64,000 nucleotides of DNA from a virus (Duplodnaviria > Heunggongvirae > Uroviricota > Caudoviricetes), in the IMG/VR virus record IMGVR_UViG_3300035210_000151. One strand, written 5' to 3'. The position numbers and the translations under genes were made by a program. Positions within the stretch are counted from its first letter, which is position 1. The number at the start of each line of letters is the position of its first letter. The notes below the pieces were generated by a model. That model saw only the letters and a list, made by a program, of their open reading frames with translations, was not told the DNA's origin and made no database searches. Of this stretch, positions 59,286-64,000 are shown in pieces.

Positions 59286-59742
59286 CATCTACACTTTCTC
59301 ATAAAAAAAATCAATCTTAATTATATTAGTTCGGAAAAATGACGCATCTTTGTATTATAGTAATAACAGAACTTTAAAAATGTACATTAAATCACATTTT
59401 TTGAAATTTTAGTCTTATTTTTTGCCTTCATTTAGAAAATGGCTATTTATAATTTAACGGAAATTTGTACATCAATCGCCTGAATAACGTGTATTTACAG
59501 GTTACAGTTTTTAAATAATTATATCAAAATCTATATATAAATTTAAAGGTAACTTTAGTAAAAAACCTCTATTAAAAGGGGGTTTTCTATAGCGATCATT
59601 CACCTTAACTTTTCAATATTACATGATGTTGACATATATCAAATAAGCATGCTTTTTATATGGTTTTTCCTTTTTAATGTACATTTTAAAGTCTAGAAGT
59701 GGGTACCATTTTTAATGTGTTTATGTTATAATAGCTATAAAT

Positions 59743-60201
59743 ATGGAGTACATCATGACGACCAATACTGAAAGCCTAGTCTTTGAAAAAAAATTGAAAT
59801 ATATCTCTGATGTGCTTGGATATCTTGCTGCTGGTCTTTATTCAGGTTCAGCTTTTTTATATTTTTTTAATGATTCCCATTTGGCTCGTTGTGTTTACCT
59901 TATTATGACTGTTTATTTTGTGGTAATGTCTTCTTTGATGATTTATCGTATGGCGACCATCGACAGTGCCTCAGAACGAGTAAAATATGCACTATTGTCT
60001 TCAATTCCAGAAGCGTTGACTATTAATTTTAGCTTTTTGTTCTACCATTGGTTATTGATTATTGGTCTAGTGCTTCCATTTGTCATGCCACAAGCTGGTT
60101 CATTATCACAAACATTTGCTGTCATTGTTGGTTTGCTTGAAGTCATCATGTTAGCCACAGCAAAAACACTTCAAAAAAAGATAAAAAAAGAGCAACCTTA
60201 G
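59743..60201 (+). CDS. Four-TM membrane protein
   Basis: Four hydrophobic segments; TGTTATAAT promoter. Confidence 0.75.
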   Translation: MEYIMTTNTESLVFEKKLKYISDVLGYLAAGLYSGSAFLYFFNDSHLARCVYLIMTVYFVVMSSLMIYRMATIDSASERVKYALLSSIPEALTINFSFLFYHWLLIIGLVLPFVMPQAGSLSQTFAVIVGLLEVIMLATAKTLQKKIKKEQP

Positions 60202-60214
60202 TTGCTCTTATCTT

Positions 60215-61330
60215 TTAATACTCTCTTGGTTTTGGTTCTTCATCCAGTAGACAACCACGTAAACGACGATCTTTTACAGGATCTTCATCTATCACACCAA
60301 TCATAATATTGCTTTTATCCACTAGACTGGTGATGTATTCCCACTCTTGCCCTTCTCGTTCAAAGTGTTGACCAATAGAACTGAATGCACCATCAGCAAC
60401 TTTAACTTCCATTCTTTTTTCACCATGTTCGTCAAGATCTTCTTCATCATCGTCATTGTTGACAAGTTCGCCATCCGAAGCAACCACTTTTAGTTTTGGT
60501 TTTGCGTCTTCGATTTCTTGGGCTTGCTTATCATCTTCACGTTGAGCATCAAGTTCATCTATTGAAGCAAGAAGCATTTCTTTTTGAATGGCTGCACTTT
60601 GTGGAGAATAGCTCCATAGTCCATCACTGAACACAGCTTGCATGATTTCAAGAAGCGTTACACTGTCTTCTTTTGAACTTTCAACATAGTTAATATAATC
60701 GTAATGATTAACGCCAACAGTTTCTTTATTGATAACTAAACCTTTATCTTCGGCATTGCGGCTTTCGAACTCGATGAGTACAATGGATCTGTTAAGAATA
60801 AGTGGGACGTTCTTAAGTTCATCAATGCTAGTCATAGACATTGAGTAATTACTTGGATCGCCATCTTTATAGCCATTAATATCAAAAGATGATTCTAATT
60901 CGAAGAAATTAAGATACTCAGGTTCTTTTGGGGTGTTAAGCCACTCAATAAAGTCCATACCTTCTGGCATTTTACCATAATCAACTTCACGACTCACTGA
61001 TATGTTACGTCTAACTTCGATTCGATCAAAAGCGTTTTTGGCGGCAGATGGTTTACGAGCTTCTTTAATATACGCTTCTACGTTCATATCGAGAATATCA
61101 CCAGCCGCTTCTGCCCAAGGCTCTAAGCAAATCATGAATGAACCCAACGTTGTGCCTTTTTCAAGTAGAATGACTTTCTTCACATTCTGGATAAAGAACT
61201 TATACCCATCAAGTCCTAGTGCTTTTTGAATAGCGAGCATAGGCACAAGACGTTTGTGGTCAACGTCTGATTGAAACCTTAGTATTCCATCTTTACAAAA
61301 AACTATTTTTCCATCCATAATAAGCCTCAT
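60215..61330 (-). CDS. Hypothetical protein with acidic C-terminal region
   Basis: 371 aa ORF. Confidence 0.75.
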   Translation of the reverse strand: MRLIMDGKIVFCKDGILRFQSDVDHKRLVPMLAIQKALGLDGYKFFIQNVKKVILLEKGTTLGSFMICLEPWAEAAGDILDMNVEAYIKEARKPSAAKNAFDRIEVRRNISVSREVDYGKMPEGMDFIEWLNTPKEPEYLNFFELESSFDINGYKDGDPSNYSMSMTSIDELKNVPLILNRSIVLIEFESRNAEDKGLVINKETVGVNHYDYINYVESSKEDSVTLLEIMQAVFSDGLWSYSPQSAAIQKEMLLASIDELDAQREDDKQAQEIEDAKPKLKVVASDGELVNNDDDEEDLDEHGEKRMEVKVADGAFSSIGQHFEREGQEWEYITSLVDKSNIMIGVIDEDPVKDRRLRGCLLDEEPKPREY

Positions 61331-61457
61331 AATTAAGGTTTATAAAATACAACATTCTTCAAAAATAGTCAATCTTTTTTAAAAAACTCTTTAAATCTAG
61401 ATTGTCTTGTGTTATTATAGTGTCTACATATTAATAACCAGATGGAGTTTTAAAATT

Positions 61458-61622
61458 ATGAACAAATCATTGATGGCTGATATTGCCGAATCTTCTGTGA
61501 CCGAAGCAGAAATTGAAGATCTTGATTATGATGTCAAGGAAGCTACTTTGCCGCGTGATGGCTGGGTAGAGCTTGAAGTGCCCTGCTCAGGTGCATTAAA
61601 GCATCCTACTGATGTTGCCTAA
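61458..61622 (+). CDS. Small acidic hypothetical protein
   Basis: GGAG RBS before ATG 61458. Confidence 0.6.
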   Translation: MNKSLMADIAESSVTEAEIEDLDYDVKEATLPRDGWVELEVPCSGALKHPTDVA

Positions 61623-61626
61623 TTAG

Positions 61627-62298
61627 GTGTTTCCTATTGTGAATGAGAACCATTTGCCCAATAATATGATTACAGATCATAGGGCATTTGTTCCATCATT
61701 GGATTCTTTATTGAGTGCTGATAGGTTGTTGTCTAATAATCTTTATTTTTCTATGGATAAAGAAACATTTTGCCCATTCATGGAAATGCATGGATATCAG
61801 GTAGATAAGACAGTTATGCCAGCAAAAAGCACCACATTAAAATTCACCAACAAAACGACAACTATCCTTTTTCAAAAGGTGACCATAGACAATAAACGTC
61901 TTTTTACTGTTTTAATGATCTCTTACAAAGAGGGCGATGTTCGATCCATCGTCTTTAATTATGACGGAAGTTTTTATGAGATTACTTATAGAAGTGATAA
62001 AGATTTTCATATAGTTAAGAAAACCTCATTATCTCGTTATAATGATGGCACCATTTATTATCAGTTTTTTGTTCATAATAGTCTTCACTCAAAATGCTAT
62101 TTATCTTCTTTTTGTTTAAATAAAGGCGTTATTAAAGACGTTTTATACTTTATAAATAACAAATGCTATCCATTGAACAAACTGTTAAATGCATTAGGTA
62201 GACCAGAAATAGATGTCAGTGCTGAAAGCGATTATTTGAAATTAGTTAATTTATTTACTGATGATGACGCGATTCTTATCGAAATGGCTATGTGTTAA
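61627..62298 (+). CDS. Hypothetical protein, tag LIEMAMC
   Basis: GTG start; paralog-like to the next gene. Confidence 0.7.
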   Translation: MFPIVNENHLPNNMITDHRAFVPSLDSLLSADRLLSNNLYFSMDKETFCPFMEMHGYQVDKTVMPAKSTTLKFTNKTTTILFQKVTIDNKRLFTVLMISYKEGDVRSIVFNYDGSFYEITYRSDKDFHIVKKTSLSRYNDGTIYYQFFVHNSLHSKCYLSSFCLNKGVIKDVLYFINNKCYPLNKLLNALGRPEIDVSAESDYLKLVNLFTDDDAILIEMAMC

Positions 62299-62320
62299 TA
62301 TTGCCAAACAGGAGAAATTT

Positions 62321-63130
62321 ATGAAATTGGAACCATTATTTAAACCAGAAGACTATGTTAAAAAACCTTTGACAGAGTATGTTATTACACCTGAGATTGC
62401 AGAGACATTAAATGAAGTAATGTTTCTTGATATGTTGAAAACAGATTATTTTTTTATGCTCTTTCTTTTGCCGCTTGGCGATATTGATTCATTTCTTAAT
62501 AAGTTAGGTTTTAAACGACAAGAAAGATCTGTTTATAAGAATAGTTTAGGTTATCACTTAACTCTATCTGTCCGTACATCACCTAAACATAAACAGGGTT
62601 ATTATTTATCAACCCTTAACTACCCTGATAATGTTAAAAGAATTTCTTTTGAATTTGAGCATATGTATAGAATTGACATCTATTACAAGAGTCAAGATGA
62701 GCGTTATTCTGAGGGTACATACCCGGTAGACTTTAACTATGTCATAAAACTCGATAAAGAAACTTATAATATCATAAGCATTCATCATTCATGCGATCTA
62801 TTTAATTTAAATCATGTTGAATTGCATACATCTAACTCGCTTAAAACATTTGCACATAAGCTTGACTATAATATTCATCGTATTGAAGAAGAACCATTAT
62901 CAAGTATTACTATTGATGAACAGTTATTCAACAATGTCTCACTATTTGATGTTGTTTATATTATTACTTCTGAAACAGATCGTATTCGATCTTTTACCTT
63001 ATCTGATATTGTTCAAACATGTGGGTTTAGCTTTGATAGGATGATTGGTAATAATATGGAGCACTTCATGAACATTGAGAACATCTTTGATGAAGATGAA
63101 CTGAAAGTCATTGAAATGGTTTATATCTAA
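62321..63130 (+). CDS. Hypothetical protein, tag VIEMVYI
   Basis: AGGAG RBS before ATG 62321. Confidence 0.75.
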   Translation: MKLEPLFKPEDYVKKPLTEYVITPEIAETLNEVMFLDMLKTDYFFMLFLLPLGDIDSFLNKLGFKRQERSVYKNSLGYHLTLSVRTSPKHKQGYYLSTLNYPDNVKRISFEFEHMYRIDIYYKSQDERYSEGTYPVDFNYVIKLDKETYNIISIHHSCDLFNLNHVELHTSNSLKTFAHKLDYNIHRIEEEPLSSITIDEQLFNNVSLFDVVYIITSETDRIRSFTLSDIVQTCGFSFDRMIGNNMEHFMNIENIFDEDELKVIEMVYI

Positions 63131-63131
63131 T

Positions 63132-63875
63132 CTAGTATCCAAATAAGTTGTCTATCTTTTTGGCAAGATTTAATCTCATTTTTATGTTTTCATTGTATTC
63201 GCTTTTCATGAGTTCTTCTATTGAAAAATCATAAGCCTTTTCACGATCATTAAAGATATGATAACCTTCTGCTGGTGAGTAGTAGTTGTCTGTAAATTTT
63301 AGATTTATCAGTTCTATATTGTCTACATTAAACGCTCTTATGTTAGTTTTTATGCTAATGTTGTTTTCACTATCGAAAAAAGGCGTCAAGGATTCTATAT
63401 AAACAGTTTCAAGATTGATTTTCGCTTTATTTCTTAAATCAACAATGTGGATGTAATCATGCACCTTCATTTCAGATTCATGTATATTCACCATCTTAGT
63501 TGTATCATAAATATAAATATCTTTTTTAAAGTAATCGTAGACTTTATTTAACTCTTGTATTCTGTCTTGATGGTATTTAATTTTATCTTTTTTATCTTTA
63601 TTTATAAGTGTTGATAAGAAACCTTTGCTCAATTGAGCTATTTCTTCACTGTGATAATCGACTAAATTTTTGTGATCCTCTTTGATTAACGAATCAAATT
63701 CAGAAATAATATCATTTATTAACCAAAATGAATTTTTATTGCTAGATTGATGGCGTCCAAACTTTTTCTCAATTTCAAAGATAATACCTTTTTCTATGCT
63801 GGCATGATATTTCACAACATAATGAGAGCCATAGGCTTCAAACACGTCTGATAATTTAACTTTTTTCATATTCAT
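63132..63875 (-). CDS. Hypothetical protein
   Basis: AAGGA RBS before ATG 63875 (alternative start 63899). Confidence 0.7.
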   Translation of the reverse strand: MNMKKVKLSDVFEAYGSHYVVKYHASIEKGIIFEIEKKFGRHQSSNKNSFWLINDIISEFDSLIKEDHKNLVDYHSEEIAQLSKGFLSTLINKDKKDKIKYHQDRIQELNKVYDYFKKDIYIYDTTKMVNIHESEMKVHDYIHIVDLRNKAKINLETVYIESLTPFFDSENNISIKTNIRAFNVDNIELINLKFTDNYYSPAEGYHIFNDREKAYDFSIEELMKSEYNENIKMRLNLAKKIDNLFGY

Positions 63876-64000
63876 GGGCGGTATCCTTTTCTTAGGCATA
63901 GGATAACAAATTAAAAAATAAAATCAACATTTCAATTGATTTATTAAGTAAAATAGTATAATATGGAGTGAATTATTGGGTGACCATTTTCTATGAATAC

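Noticed and set aside
1-64000. Alternative genetic code (stop-codon reassignment)
   Set aside because: Known families (DnaK, AAA+, ARH, CYTH) are full length in code 11, and TAA, TAG and TGA all end genes.
1-64000. tRNA, rRNA, integrase, transposase or virion structural genes
   Set aside because: No cloverleaf with GGTTCGAATCC T-arm and no recognisable motifs for these proteins found by eye.

Overview
AT-rich, gene-dense 64-kb segment of a very large mobile element (jumbo phage or megaplasmid) of a gammaproteobacterial host. Host assignment rests on the Gammaproteobacteria-type DnaK and on PilZ-like and Spy/CpxP-like genes. No capsid, terminase, polymerase, rep, integrase, rRNA, tRNA or CRISPR-cas genes are visible, so phage versus plasmid cannot be decided from this window. 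About 79 CDS, most apparently monocistronic behind sigma70-type extended -10 promoters. Recognisable products: DnaK, MoxR-type AAA+ ATPase with a DUF2201/vWA partner, NADAR, DUF4326, four DEDDh exonucleases, two T7 gp0.7-like kinases, NUDIX, ADP-ribosylglycohydrolase, CYTH, ScsC/DsbA-like oxidoreductase, Spy/CpxP-like chaperone, ATP-grasp, Bfd, PilZ-like, a TerD-like large protein and an NTase-HAD fusion. Two signals stand out. (1) Two paralogous minus-strand non-coding transcription units (about 43.1-43.3 kb and 44.6-44.8 kb), each a tandem dimer of a ~65-75 nt stem-loop with an invariant UUCCUUCUAA loop and compensatory base changes. (2) About 22 proteins, many with no other detectable similarity, share the C-terminal tag [LVI]-x-x-M-x-x-[IFC]-stop, suggesting a sorting, docking or degradation signal. 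Family assignments come from motif recognition by eye, not database searches.
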